A program made the translations under genes and the position numbers. Positions 46,193 through 55,631 of a stretch of DNA of 64,000 nt are shown here, in pieces. Location of the stretch: positions 23,956 to 87,955 of the forward strand of contig JAPKHT010000005.1 in the NCBI GenBank assembly GCA_026646655.1, read 5' to 3'. The notes under the pieces were generated by a model. That model was not told where the DNA came from and made no database searches. It was given only the letters and a program-made list of their open reading frames with translations. How positions within the stretch are numbered: position 1 is the stretch's first letter; every line of letters starts with the position of its first letter. Source of the stretch: Verrucomicrobiia bacterium. GTDB lineage: Bacteria > Verrucomicrobiota > Verrucomicrobiia > JADLBR01.

Positions 46193-46801
46193 TCAGCCAT
46201 GGGGTGGTTGTCGGTGGCGGTGGAGGATGCGGAGGAGGGGTTGTGCGGCGGTGGCGATGAGGAGTGCGTTGGTGGCGGCGTGTGCGGCATCGAAGGGGAG
46301 GGAGGCGGCATTGACGGCGATCCAAGTGGCGGCGTTGAGTGGGTGGACGAAGGCGATCCAGTGCCAGAGGTTCTGGAGCCAGCCGAAGAGGAAGCCCCAG
46401 GCGATGCCGAGGGTGACGAGGAGTCCGGTGGGGGGATTTGGCCAGAGGCGTCCGATCCAGCCGAGGCTGAGTCCACAGATGCCCCAACCTGCGGCCTGCC
46501 AGAGAGTCCAGAGTCCTTGGCCGAGGAAGAAGTTCGAGCCGATGGTGGCGATGACACCGGTCATGAATCCGGCCGAGGGGCCGAGGGCGAGGCCGGCGAG
46601 CATGACGAGGAAGGTGGTGGGCTGGACGGAGGGCACGACGGCGGTGAGGACGCGGCCTAGGGCGGCGGTGGCCGCGAGCACGGCGATGAGGGGAACGTGC
46701 TGCAGGGGCCGGCGCCCGCGCTCGAACCAGAAGAGGCCCGCAGCGATGAGCGCGAGGGCCATGGCGGGCAGGAGCCAGGCGGGTGCGAAGGGGCCAGTCA
46801 T
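46193..46801 (-). CDS. ECF transporter substrate-specific (S) component; possibly cobalamin-specific CbrT-like
   Basis: About 200 aa with six predicted TM helices, ATGA-overlapped with the ecfA stop. Substrate is inferred from the upstream riboswitch only. Confidence 0.6.
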   Translation of the reverse strand: MTGPFAPAWLLPAMALALIAAGLFWFERGRRPLQHVPLIAVLAATAALGRVLTAVVPSVQPTTFLVMLAGLALGPSAGFMTGVIATIGSNFFLGQGLWTLWQAAGWGICGLSLGWIGRLWPNPPTGLLVTLGIAWGFLFGWLQNLWHWIAFVHPLNAATWIAVNAASLPFDAAHAATNALLIATAAQPLLRILHRHRQPPHG

Positions 46802-48465
46802 GAGGGGCCCTGGGTTTCGGTGAGGCGGGGGGCGAAGGCGAGGTGGGCTTGCCGTCGGGTGAGGATGCCGCGGCAATCGGACCGGCCGCGGAGGGCGCGT
46901 CCCCATGCCGTGGAGAAAAAGAGGCCTTGCTCGAGGATATCGCCGGGGGGGCCGGAGGCGACGATTTCGCCATCGAACATGAGGGCGGCGCGGTGGGCGA
47001 TGTCGGCGGCGAACTCGAAATCCTGGGTCGCCATGATGATCGTGCGGCGGCGACCGGCGACGAGGTCGGCGAGGAGGTTCGAGAGGGCCGCGCGCATGCG
47101 TTCGCTGAGCCCCCGGGTGGGTTCATCGAGGAGGAGGAGGTCGGGGTCGGTGGCCAGGGTGGATGCCAGGGCGACGCGGCGTCGCTCGCCGGCGCTCAGG
47201 TCGTGGGGGTGGCGGTGCGCGAGGGGCGCGACATGGAGCCGATCCAGCAGCGGCTGTAACTCGGCTGATCCATCGAGGTTGGCCAGGGTTCTAGAAAAAG
47301 CGATCTCCTCGGCGACCGTCTCGTGGGCGAGATGATGGTCGGGGTTCTGAGAGAGGTAGCCGATGCGGCGGAGGCGTTCAGCGGGTGGGATGACTGCCGG
47401 GTCTTTGCCGAAGACCGAGACTTCGCCGGAATTCGGGCGGAGGAGGCCCAGTAGCATTGCGAGGAGGGTGCTCTTACCCGCGCCGTTGCCGCCGAGGAGG
47501 CATAAGATCTCTCCTCGCGAGACGTCGATATCGATGCCGCGGAGGGCCTCGCGATCGTGGCCGTAGGCGAAGTGGGCGCCGCGGGCGCGGATGACCGTCT
47601 TCTGGGGCGAGGGAGGGGTTGGAGGGGCCGAGGGGCAGGGAGCGGGGATGGGAGGCAGGGAGGCGATGGCGGCGCGGGCCTCGGGAACTGTGAGGGGCAG
47701 GAGCGTGCGTCCGTCGGGGCCGGGGAACGGGATGGCCGTCTGCGGGATGTTGGCGCCGTGATCGAGCGCCCACCGGGCATAGTCGCGGGGGGGCAGGTCA
47801 CAGGCCACCCTGCCGTGATCGAGGGCGACGACGCGGTTCGCCCATGACAGGCAACCATCGAGGTGCTGTTCGATGAGAATGAGGGTGAGGCCGAGATCCT
47901 GATTCAGGCGCCTCAAAACCTCAAAGACCTCGGCGGCGGCCATCGGATCGAGCTGGGAGGTGGGTTCATCCAAGACCAGGGCGGTTTGGGCCATGGCGAG
48001 AATCGCCCCGATCACCGTCTTCTGCTTTTCGCCGCCCGAGAGTTCATGGCAGTGCCGGTCGAGCAGGGGCTCGAGGCCGAGCCAGCCGGTGACCTCGGCC
48101 ATCGAGCGGCGCATCTCACCCCTGGGAATCCCTAGGTTCTCCATCCCGGTCGCGATCTCGCGGCGCACGGTCGATGCGATGATCTGGCGCTCGGGGTCCT
48201 GAAAGACCATGCCCACGTGGCGGCGCAGGCCGGTGCCCCAGTCGGCGAGGGCGCGATCGGAGAACCGGACCGAGCCGGATAGTTCGCCCCCCTGGAACTC
48301 GGGGATGAGGCCACCCATCACGCGGGCGAGGGTGGACTTGCCGCTGCCGGATTCGCCGGTGACGAGCAGGCATTGGCCGCGCGCCACGCGAAGATCGATG
48401 CGGTCCAGGGCGGGGGAATCGGAGCCCGGGTACGAGAACGAGACGTTATCGAGTTCGAAGATCAT
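46798..48465 (-). CDS. ecfA: ECF transporter ATPase, fused tandem EcfA-EcfA' (two ABC nucleotide-binding domains)
   Basis: Two Walker A motifs (GESGSGKST and GGNGAGKST), two LSGGE/LSAGE signatures, and two Walker B motifs (LVLDEPTS and LLLDEPTR). Confidence 0.9.
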   Translation of the reverse strand: MIFELDNVSFSYPGSDSPALDRIDLRVARGQCLLVTGESGSGKSTLARVMGGLIPEFQGGELSGSVRFSDRALADWGTGLRRHVGMVFQDPERQIIASTVRREIATGMENLGIPRGEMRRSMAEVTGWLGLEPLLDRHCHELSGGEKQKTVIGAILAMAQTALVLDEPTSQLDPMAAAEVFEVLRRLNQDLGLTLILIEQHLDGCLSWANRVVALDHGRVACDLPPRDYARWALDHGANIPQTAIPFPGPDGRTLLPLTVPEARAAIASLPPIPAPCPSAPPTPPSPQKTVIRARGAHFAYGHDREALRGIDIDVSRGEILCLLGGNGAGKSTLLAMLLGLLRPNSGEVSVFGKDPAVIPPAERLRRIGYLSQNPDHHLAHETVAEEIAFSRTLANLDGSAELQPLLDRLHVAPLAHRHPHDLSAGERRRVALASTLATDPDLLLLDEPTRGLSERMRAALSNLLADLVAGRRRTIIMATQDFEFAADIAHRAALMFDGEIVASGPPGDILEQGLFFSTAWGRALRGRSDCRGILTRRQAHLAFAPRLTETQGPS

Positions 48466-48540
48466 GGATCAAGAATGTCGCTGATCGCCGGGACGAAAAA
48501 GTGTGGCCCATCTGATCCGGCAGCTGCCGGACCACCGGGG

Positions 48541-48630
48541 GTGAAAGTGTAGCCGATCGCCTCGGGCGATTGGCGGCCAAACGCTCACGCGTTCGGCTAC
48601 GGGACGCGATGCGGCCATTTTCGAGTCAGC
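48541..48630 (-). repeat. Dispersed repeat family A, copy 7 (reverse)
   Basis: gtgaaagtgtagccgatcgcctcgggcgattggcggccaaacgctcacgcgttcggctacgggacgcgatgcggccattttcgagtcagc. Confidence 0.85.
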
Positions 48631-49534
48631 ACGCACGGGCATGGCGGCGGATGAGGGTTGGCGCGCGCCAGGCGAACCAGGCGAGGGCGGCGGTGGCGAC
48701 CGGGATGGCGGCGAGGGCCAGGGAGATGGCCGGGCGGGTTGGGGTGAGCCTCGGGTAGAAGTGGAACTGTGCCGTTCCCGAGATGGCCAAGGCGAGGGCG
48801 GCGGTGGCCAGCAGGGCGCCGGCGGCCGTTGCCACCCGGTCGCGGGGCGTCAGGTGATCGGGGTCGATGAAGGATCGTGGCCCCGAGCCAAAACCCCGGG
48901 CGGCGAGCGCCTCGGCGAGATCCCTGGCGCCCTCGAGTGCCGAGGCGAGGAGGGTGCGCCACAAGAGGCCCGCGGCCGCGGCGCGCGACCGGAGGGTGCC
49001 CGCCCGCAGGTCGATGCCTTGCGACCAGAGGATCGCCTGAATCTGGCGTGCTTCTCGGAGCAATGATGGGATGAGTTGAATCACGATGCCCAAGGTCACG
49101 GCCGTGCGGGGCGCCGCCTTGCCGAGCAGGCCGAGGGAGCGATCCGTGTCACTGAGCCGCGCCCAGAGGGCGAATGTCGCCATGACGGTGGCGAGTTTCG
49201 CGCCGGCGATCGCGCCAAACGCGACAGCCTCTAGAGTGATCGCGCTCGCGCCGGGCCACCAGGCTGGGAGCGGTGACAGGATCGTGGAACCGGCCCCCGA
49301 GAAGAAGGCGTTGATCGCAGCCATCATGAGGGCCGGGGGCAGTGCGAACAGCGCCGTTTGGCGAAACTGGCCATCGCGGGCCAGCCAAGCGAAACTGGCG
49401 AGCGTGGCCCCGACCACGGCGCCGGGTTGATCCACGGCCAGAAGCCAGAGCAGGAACCCCATCGCAAATGTGGCGCCGGCGAGCGGATGGATGGGTGGGG
49501 CACTCCGCCGGGGGCATTCGAGGGGTCTGATCAT
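48626..49534 (-). CDS. ecfT: ECF transporter transmembrane (T) component EcfT/CbiQ family
   Basis: 302 aa, multi-TM, with the C-terminal EcfT coupling motifs ...LLREARQIQAILWSQGIDLRAGTL...ARGF. Confidence 0.8.
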   Translation of the reverse strand: MIRPLECPRRSAPPIHPLAGATFAMGFLLWLLAVDQPGAVVGATLASFAWLARDGQFRQTALFALPPALMMAAINAFFSGAGSTILSPLPAWWPGASAITLEAVAFGAIAGAKLATVMATFALWARLSDTDRSLGLLGKAAPRTAVTLGIVIQLIPSLLREARQIQAILWSQGIDLRAGTLRSRAAAAGLLWRTLLASALEGARDLAEALAARGFGSGPRSFIDPDHLTPRDRVATAAGALLATAALALAISGTAQFHFYPRLTPTRPAISLALAAIPVATAALAWFAWRAPTLIRRHARAC

Positions 49535-50580
49535 GGCGGGATCGCCCGGGGGCGGATGGGGAGCGGTAGCGTGACGCGTCGCCCGTCCACGATCATGAGG
49601 CCAGCGGCGCCCGCAAGGGATTCGGGCGAGCGCGCGAGCAGGCCTGCGGTCGCCCGCGTTTCAACATCGCCCGTTCCCGTGACGAGCCAGAGGCACGCCC
49701 CTCGCCGAGCGCCGGTCTTGGCGGCCAGGATGGCGCCGCCGGGCGCAGGGGGTCCAGGCGCCTCGCCGTGCCAATCGCGACCCGACGCGCCGCGGTCCGA
49801 GAACTCGACCAGCAGCCCGGTCTTTGCCGCATGGCGGTGGATGTCGGCGACCGCGGGATGGGCGACCAACGCGCCCCAGGGGCCGAGCAGCAGCGGGAAG
49901 GACGTCTCCACATCGATCGTTACGGAGGGGCCGAAAGGGACTTGCACGACATCGCGGACGCCGAGTTCCTTCAACCTGGCGGCGATCGCGCTGGCCTCCG
50001 CCTCAAAACCCGCGGCGTGGAGGAGCCGCGTGGGCGCCGTCTTGCCGCCGTGGCCATGCGCGAAAGGCTCTGGGAACGCGCCGACGAGGGCCCCGACCTG
50101 AAAGCCCTCCGACCATGGATGGTAATCCCACCAGATGTGATCGCCGGACGCCGGACGATATTGCGCGGCGCCCACCGGGGACAGCACCCCGTTGATAAAA
50201 TAGAACCAGTCCTCGTCGCGTCCCTCGAGAGTGCCCGAGCGCAGGTCGCCGATGGCGGTCACGAAGCCGGCCCGCGTTGCCTCGATGGGGATCGACGCGC
50301 GGAGCACATCGACGACGCTGCCGCCGGGGCGTTGGGCGCTCTGGACGATGGGCTCCGCCCCGAACGCGCGCGTGACGCGGAGCGTGACGTCCGCCGGGGG
50401 CGAGGCGGGGAGCGGCATGGGCGAAAGGCCGAGGACAATGGCCGTGGCAGCGAGAATGAGCGACCGGCGCGGCGGCCCGCTTGGCCACGCATTGCCCGCC
50501 CTTCGCCGGTCAAAGGGGGCCCGCGTCGCCACGGTCTGGCGAACGTGGCCACGGATTTTCGAGTCAACCGCCTGGTGCAT
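49531..50580 (-). CDS. Membrane-anchored periplasmic protein with a DUF4430-like segment (possible B12-binding, transcobalamin-beta-like)
   Basis: N-terminal TM or signal anchor LILAATAIVLGLSPMPLPA. The segment DWFYFINGVLSPVGAAQYRPASGDHIWWDYHPW resembles the DUF4430 W-Y-VNG...GD-I-W-Y motif, recalled from memory. ATGA-coupled to ecfT. Confidence 0.55.
   Translation of the reverse strand: MHQAVDSKIRGHVRQTVATRAPFDRRRAGNAWPSGPPRRSLILAATAIVLGLSPMPLPASPPADVTLRVTRAFGAEPIVQSAQRPGGSVVDVLRASIPIEATRAGFVTAIGDLRSGTLEGRDEDWFYFINGVLSPVGAAQYRPASGDHIWWDYHPWSEGFQVGALVGAFPEPFAHGHGGKTAPTRLLHAAGFEAEASAIAARLKELGVRDVVQVPFGPSVTIDVETSFPLLLGPWGALVAHPAVADIHRHAAKTGLLVEFSDRGASGRDWHGEAPGPPAPGGAILAAKTGARRGACLWLVTGTGDVETRATAGLLARSPESLAGAAGLMIVDGRRVTLPLPIRPRAIPP
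50521..50580 (-). repeat. Partial repeat family A unit (reverse) overlapping the 5' end of the 49531-50580 CDS
   Basis: The reverse complement ...ttgactcgaaaatccgtggccacgttcgccagaccgtggcg is about 90% identical to the second unit of copy 3 (14963-15012). Confidence 0.55.
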
Positions 50581-50584
50581 GGCT

Positions 50585-52837
50585 TCAGTAATTCACGGCC
50601 GTGACGGCATCGAGGTCGAAGCCGGAGTTGCCCGCCGTCCGGAGCGCGGCACCGGTAAAATTCGTGTGGCGCACCGCGTCGCCGTTGCCGTCGATGATCC
50701 AGTTGTCGCCGGTGGATTGGATCTTGACGAATCGGGCCCACGCGAGGCCGACGGTCGCGAGATCAAAGCTGTCGCCGCCAGACTCGGACGGGTTGGTCGG
50801 GTCGGCATTTGGCAGGACCGGGTTTATCCCCGCGAAGCCGCTCCCGTAGCAGTAGGGGTGCTGCAAGTTCAGGTTGCCCGCGTCGTCGTATCGCGGCGAG
50901 AAATCGATGGGGAATCGTTTCCAGGAGGAACCGTCCTGGCTGACGTAGACCACGGCGGGTTCCATGAATCGGTTGAGGTGATCCCCGCCGATGTAGAAGG
51001 CGTTTTCGAAGACCGTGAAGTCATTGCCGGGGCCATCGACGATCACGTTGTCGGTGAACTCGACGACGATCTCGCCGCCGTAGGGTGCCGAGCCACTTCC
51101 ATTGATGGCGGCCCCCAGCGAGACGACGTCCTTAGATCCATTTGCGTAGCCGAGTCCGTTGGGGGGGCCAAGTACGATGCCGGGCACGCTTGCGGCGTTG
51201 AACCGGTCGGCCCCGGCCAAGGGCGTGAAATAGGCCGCGTCGGCGTGCGGGTCGGCCGCTCCGGCTGCGGCGCGGCCCTTGGTAAAGGGCAGGATAGTCG
51301 CAGAGCCATAGGATGTCGCGTCGAGGGCGCTGTATTCCCCGTCCGGGGTGAAGGCGAAGGCCGCGTAGTGGTAGGTCGTCCCATCGGCGAGCGCCTGATC
51401 AATGGTCGTCGTGCCGACGCCCTGATAGACGATGTCGCCCTCGTCGGGGGTGGCCGGAATGGCGGCGGTGCTGCGCACCACGAGGGTCTCCGCGAACTCG
51501 GGCTCATCGGGATTGTTCCATGTTAGGACCGCCTTGCCCGCGCTGGGGTAGACCCTCAGGTCGGTGACGGGGCCAATGGGCGCCTCGGTGATCTCCAAAT
51601 AGAAATCCCCGTAGGCGATCTGTGGTTCGGGGGCGGTGGCATCCCAGACGGCGACGGAGAGCGGGCCGAAGGAGCCTATGGTTTCGGGGGTACCGGAGAA
51701 GACGCCGTCCGCGAACGTGAGGCCCGGGGGGATTTCGCCGGCGATCAGTTCCCATCGGTAGGGGGTCGTGCCGCCTTCCGCATCGAGTGGTATTTCGGCG
51801 GGTTTGCCCTGTTGGGCGGGATCGAGCTGTTGCGCGGAGACGATGCGTAGCGCCCTCGAGACGACCTTGAGGACGAGATCTTTCGATGCCTGGGTCCCCT
51901 GTGCGTCGGTCACGGTGACCGACAGCGGATAACTCTTGAACTCGCCGGTCGGGTTGCCCGAAATGGCGCCGGCGGAGGATATCGAGACGCCCGGGGGCAG
52001 TTCGCCGCTGACCGACCACTCGTATGTGGGGACGCCACCCGCCGCGGCGAGCGCGATCGCAAGCGGGTTGCCGACGCTGGCGTCGGGGAGGGACTCCGTC
52101 ACGATGCGCAGTTGATCCTCCGGTAGGATGACCAGGAGGTACTCGGCCTCGTCGCTGTTGGAGTCGGCGTCGCTGACCCGGACGCGGAGTGAATCGCTGA
52201 AGAGTTGCAGCGGGGTCCCGTAGAAGAGGCCGCGGGCGGTGTCGAATTGGAGGCCGAGGGGGAGTGTGCCCGAGGTGCTCCACGAATAGGGGGGCGTGCC
52301 CCCCGTGGCGAGGATCTGCGCGTTGAATGCCTTGGAGAGGGTGCCCTCCGGAAGCGATCCGGTCGTGATGAGCAACTGGACGAGCACGTTATCGCCCGCC
52401 GCGCCCACCCCGCTGGCCCGGGACAGGCCGCGATGGCCGCCGGGACCCGGGACCAATTCTGCCGGCAGCCACTTGCCATCTCGCAGCACCATGCCGCTGC
52501 GGCGGATCGAGGCGATGTCTTCGGCGGACGCGGGCGTCCCGCGCTGCGATTCGCAAGGTGCCTCCGCATGGCCGGCGCCATTGCGCCAGTCCTCGTCATC
52601 CCAGGGCGCCTTGTCCCCGGACCTCTTTCCCTTCCACCACGACCGGAGGAAACCGGGGTCGTCATCGGTGCCGATGATGGCACCGTCGAGGGCGAAGCGG
52701 TCGAGCGCGATACCGCCCCCGACAAGGCCGGCCATGGCGAGTGCGATGGCGGTCGTGAGCCCGGCGATGGCGTTCGGCTCCAGCGCCCGGACCGCGGCCA
52801 TCCCACGGCAAAGCCAGCCCAGTATCCCGCGGATCAT
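50585..52837 (-). CDS. Large membrane-anchored surface protein with tandem putative-Ig (He_PIG-type) repeats and a C-terminal domain of unknown function
   Basis: 750 aa: N-terminal TM anchor, about five repeats of the LPxGLxF...GxxxGTP type (for example GTPPYSWSTSGTLPLGLQFDTARGLFYGTP), then a C-terminal beta-rich domain. The stop is 4 nt from the next start. Confidence 0.65.
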   Translation of the reverse strand: MIRGILGWLCRGMAAVRALEPNAIAGLTTAIALAMAGLVGGGIALDRFALDGAIIGTDDDPGFLRSWWKGKRSGDKAPWDDEDWRNGAGHAEAPCESQRGTPASAEDIASIRRSGMVLRDGKWLPAELVPGPGGHRGLSRASGVGAAGDNVLVQLLITTGSLPEGTLSKAFNAQILATGGTPPYSWSTSGTLPLGLQFDTARGLFYGTPLQLFSDSLRVRVSDADSNSDEAEYLLVILPEDQLRIVTESLPDASVGNPLAIALAAAGGVPTYEWSVSGELPPGVSISSAGAISGNPTGEFKSYPLSVTVTDAQGTQASKDLVLKVVSRALRIVSAQQLDPAQQGKPAEIPLDAEGGTTPYRWELIAGEIPPGLTFADGVFSGTPETIGSFGPLSVAVWDATAPEPQIAYGDFYLEITEAPIGPVTDLRVYPSAGKAVLTWNNPDEPEFAETLVVRSTAAIPATPDEGDIVYQGVGTTTIDQALADGTTYHYAAFAFTPDGEYSALDATSYGSATILPFTKGRAAAGAADPHADAAYFTPLAGADRFNAASVPGIVLGPPNGLGYANGSKDVVSLGAAINGSGSAPYGGEIVVEFTDNVIVDGPGNDFTVFENAFYIGGDHLNRFMEPAVVYVSQDGSSWKRFPIDFSPRYDDAGNLNLQHPYCYGSGFAGINPVLPNADPTNPSESGGDSFDLATVGLAWARFVKIQSTGDNWIIDGNGDAVRHTNFTGAALRTAGNSGFDLDAVTAVNY

Positions 52838-54237
52838 GGTTGGATGAGCTCCGCGCGGACCCGAATGAACCGCGCCGTGCCGCCACCGGGGTCGGCGACT
52901 GTCACGCGGACCTTCTGGCCCGCTAGGGATTCGGTAATCTGTCCGGTGCCGGTGGTGGGGGTGCCGGCGGCGCTCCGCGCGATCTCCTGCCAGTCCCCGG
53001 GCTGCAGGGTGCCGGAAACCTCAACGACATAGTCGAGATCCCGATTCATGGGGTCACGGGTAAAGCGGATGCTCAGGCGGCCTCCGGAGACAGTCGGCTC
53101 GATGGCATCATGGGCGTCCGGTCGTCTCGGGTTCCCGGAGAAGGCATACTCCAATCCGTTGGGTTGGGCGTCGCCATCGGGATTTGCGAAGAATCCCGAG
53201 ACGCTGTCGTCAAGTTGTTCCGCCGGAGTGAAGAGGGTGGCGTTCCAGGAGGCACGGGAATTGGGCACCCCGACCGCGATGATCGCGTTGAAAGCCCCGA
53301 AGTCGGTCAGGAGCGCGTAGAGGGTGCCGGCGTCGTACGAGGATGGCTCAAACGGCCCGCTCCCGGGCCTAAACTGCATGGAGCTGACCACCGCAAACCC
53401 GCCCGTGATGGAACCGAAAAGGGATGGGTGACCCGATGTCGTGTCGAAGGCGTAGAGGCTGCCGGAGAAGTCGGGAAAGAAGATATCGGCATCGGAGTCT
53501 GCGGCCAGGTAGCTGGAGCCGGCGAGATTGGTGCCGACATGGACGCCGGCGGATGGCTGGAGCGCCACGCCGAGTGCGATCGCGTTGGAAACCTGGGCCC
53601 GCGTGAAGCGGAAGAGGTTATTCTGGAAACTGGCGGTGGTCTGCGCGACGTAGAGGTCGCCGTTGGTGGCGAAGGCAAGGCCGCCGGAATAGGTGGGCAT
53701 CTCGATGACGCGATTGGTCCCCGTTCCAGAGACCAGAAACACCGCGTTGGAATTGGGATTTCCGGTGAAGAAGATGCGCCCGGCGGCGTCGAGCGCGGAG
53801 GCGTAGTTCTGAAGGAGCAAGTTAGTCGTGAGGCCCGAGCCGTCGAGTCCGATGGACATGACGCGGTTGGTCTCGCTGGTGGCGTCGGGGTACGCACCCG
53901 ACTGTCCGAAGTAGACCCGGCTGCCCGCCGTCTCCACGAAACTGCCGAACGCCGTGTCTGGGAATATGTACAGGGTATTGAACGCATGGCCGATGGGGTC
54001 CCAGCGGACCAGCGATGAGGCCGCGCTCCCATAGCCGCCGCTTCCAAGGATCATGACGATGGAACCATCGTCGGCGACGTCGAAGCCGCCGATGCCGGCG
54101 TTGGTGGCAAAGATGTTCTGGACGGCGTAGCCCGCCGGGGCTGCGAAGGCCTGGGCGCGGGCCGCCTGCGGCGCGAGGGCGCCCATGGCGAGGGTCATTG
54201 CTGCCAGTCCGAATCCGCGGGCGGGAAAGCCATTCAT
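52834..54237 (-). CDS. Secreted beta-propeller-like protein (possible BtuG-like B12-capture protein)
   Basis: Signal peptide MNGFPARGFGLAAMTLAMGALAPQAARAQA, a perfect GGAGGA SD, and blade-like repeats (DGSIVMILGSGGYG..., NGDLYVAQTT...). ATGA-coupled to the next gene. The BtuG analogy is inference only. Confidence 0.55.
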   Translation of the reverse strand: MNGFPARGFGLAAMTLAMGALAPQAARAQAFAAPAGYAVQNIFATNAGIGGFDVADDGSIVMILGSGGYGSAASSLVRWDPIGHAFNTLYIFPDTAFGSFVETAGSRVYFGQSGAYPDATSETNRVMSIGLDGSGLTTNLLLQNYASALDAAGRIFFTGNPNSNAVFLVSGTGTNRVIEMPTYSGGLAFATNGDLYVAQTTASFQNNLFRFTRAQVSNAIALGVALQPSAGVHVGTNLAGSSYLAADSDADIFFPDFSGSLYAFDTTSGHPSLFGSITGGFAVVSSMQFRPGSGPFEPSSYDAGTLYALLTDFGAFNAIIAVGVPNSRASWNATLFTPAEQLDDSVSGFFANPDGDAQPNGLEYAFSGNPRRPDAHDAIEPTVSGGRLSIRFTRDPMNRDLDYVVEVSGTLQPGDWQEIARSAAGTPTTGTGQITESLAGQKVRVTVADPGGGTARFIRVRAELIQP

Positions 54238-54240
54238 GTG

Positions 54241-54272
54241 AATCCTCCAGTCTTTTGAGAACCTGGAGGCCG
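54241..54272 (-). promoter_or_regulatory. SD-sequestering hairpin (anti-SD CCUCCAGG / SD CUGGAGG) at the 3' end of the riboswitch
   Basis: The plus strand reads aatcctccag tcttttgagaa cctggagg. On the mRNA this is cctccagg...ctggagga immediately before the AUG at 54237. Confidence 0.55.
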
Positions 54273-54515
54273 GGCAGTGCGCCCGATCCCGCGGTCCTCA
54301 TTCTTCATTGTGGCGATGAAGTTTTATGCGCCCACCGCACCCGCGGCGGGCGAATGAGAGGGAGCGGCGCAGATATTCGGACTTCGGGCCTCGAACCTCG
54401 CTCCCGCCTTCACCGCCGGACTTGGACCGGAGACTGGCATCTTGGGAGTCTGTAACCCGTTACCGTAGCGCAACTGTTCCCGATTCTCACGGGATTCCCT
54501 GGAGCCGCACCCATC
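54250..54515 (-). promoter_or_regulatory. Cobalamin (AdoCbl) riboswitch with SD-sequestering expression platform
   Basis: The minus-strand RNA reads GGGUGCGGCUCCAGGGAAUCCCGUGAGAAUCGGGAACAGUUGCGCUACGGUAAC...GCACUGCCCGGCCUCCAGG...CUGGAGGAUUCACAUG. It matches the Rfam RF00174 core (GGUGC..AGGGAA..GGUGnAAnUCC..ACnGUAA) and a B12-box-like GCACUGCC. The anti-SD CCUCCAGG pairs with the SD CUGGAGG of the downstream gene. Confidence 0.55.
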
Positions 54516-54660
54516 TTGTCACCCGGTTCCCCGCATCGCGTGCCGGGGCCGGGCCGGATCTAGCAAAGAACCGGATCCAGCCTGATCGCGCGGGGGCGGG
54601 GAGTCAAGGGGAGATTCGGGACCGCGTGCCGAGGCGAGGGGGCGTCGGCCCCAGGAATTG

Positions 54661-55605
54661 TCACCCGAGTATCGCCCTGAGCACGGCGAGGTCCTTCTTG
54701 ATTGCGGCGAAGACTTCTTCGCGCGGGATGGACTGGCCGGGGGCCGGGCGCTCGGGGAGGTATTCGCTGTGGAGGCTGACGGGTGCCGAGGCGGCCGGGC
54801 CGGTGAGGAGTTTCACGAAGCGCTTGAAGTCGACCAGGCCGGTCCCCAGGGGGACGTTGTCGACGGTCTGTTTGCCATCTTTCTCTTTGAAGGCGAAGTC
54901 CTTGAAGTTGAGCGTCTGGATATATGGCATGATGGCGGCGAGGCCGAGTTGCCAGCAACCGAGGCCCTCGACGGTCGCGTGGCGGATGTCGTACTGGCAA
55001 CCGATCCACTCCGAGGTGATGTTGCGGAGCACGTGCCACAGGTCCCAGATCGCGGCGCCGAAATACTCGCCGGCGTGGTTCTGGACATTGCCGCGGATCC
55101 CGATGTCCTTGTTCATCTGCGCGAGCGCCCTGAGATGGGCCTCGATGTCGGACAACGACTTCTCGATCGGGGACGACTTGTCGTACTTGTGCCAGTTGGT
55201 GCGGTAGAATTTGATCCCGACCTTGGCGGCGGTGCGCAGTATGGTTTCGGCGTGGGGATCTTCCGGGCTGCCGATGGCGGTGACGATGGTGTCGAGGCGC
55301 ATGCCGTTGGCCCTGGCGGCCTCGGCGGCCCTGGGGAGGTCGTCGGCGGCGCGCTCGGGCAGGACGTGGCCCTTGGGGCGCACGGTGAGGTCGAGGCCGT
55401 CGAGGCCGAGTTCTGCGGCGGCGGCGAAGGCGTCCTTGCAGTCGAGCCAATGCAGTTGCTTTGAGAAAAAGGAGATGGGCCGTTTGGCCGGTGCGGCTGA
55501 TTGGGCCGGCGATGCTCCGGCGGCGGCGCCGAGGGCCAGTCCGGCGGTCGCGCCTGCGGATAGGGTCAGGAAACTCCTGCGGTTCATGCGGGGTTCAATA
55601 TTCAT
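54661..55605 (-). CDS. Sugar phosphate isomerase/epimerase (xylose isomerase-like TIM barrel), Tat-exported
   Basis: Tat motif NRRSFLTLSAGATAGLALGAAA plus TIM-barrel motifs. Start taken at 55605 (alternative at 55587). Confidence 0.75.
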   Translation of the reverse strand: MNIEPRMNRRSFLTLSAGATAGLALGAAAGASPAQSAAPAKRPISFFSKQLHWLDCKDAFAAAAELGLDGLDLTVRPKGHVLPERAADDLPRAAEAARANGMRLDTIVTAIGSPEDPHAETILRTAAKVGIKFYRTNWHKYDKSSPIEKSLSDIEAHLRALAQMNKDIGIRGNVQNHAGEYFGAAIWDLWHVLRNITSEWIGCQYDIRHATVEGLGCWQLGLAAIMPYIQTLNFKDFAFKEKDGKQTVDNVPLGTGLVDFKRFVKLLTGPAASAPVSLHSEYLPERPAPGQSIPREEVFAAIKKDLAVLRAILG

Positions 55606-55631
55606 AGGCTGGGCTCTTCTCTGGCGTGGCG

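Noticed and set aside
54541-54600. Inverted repeat ccggatctagcaaagaaccggatcc upstream of the riboswitch as an operator
   Set aside because: The arms are short. It could equally be the promoter-proximal leader, so it is not called.
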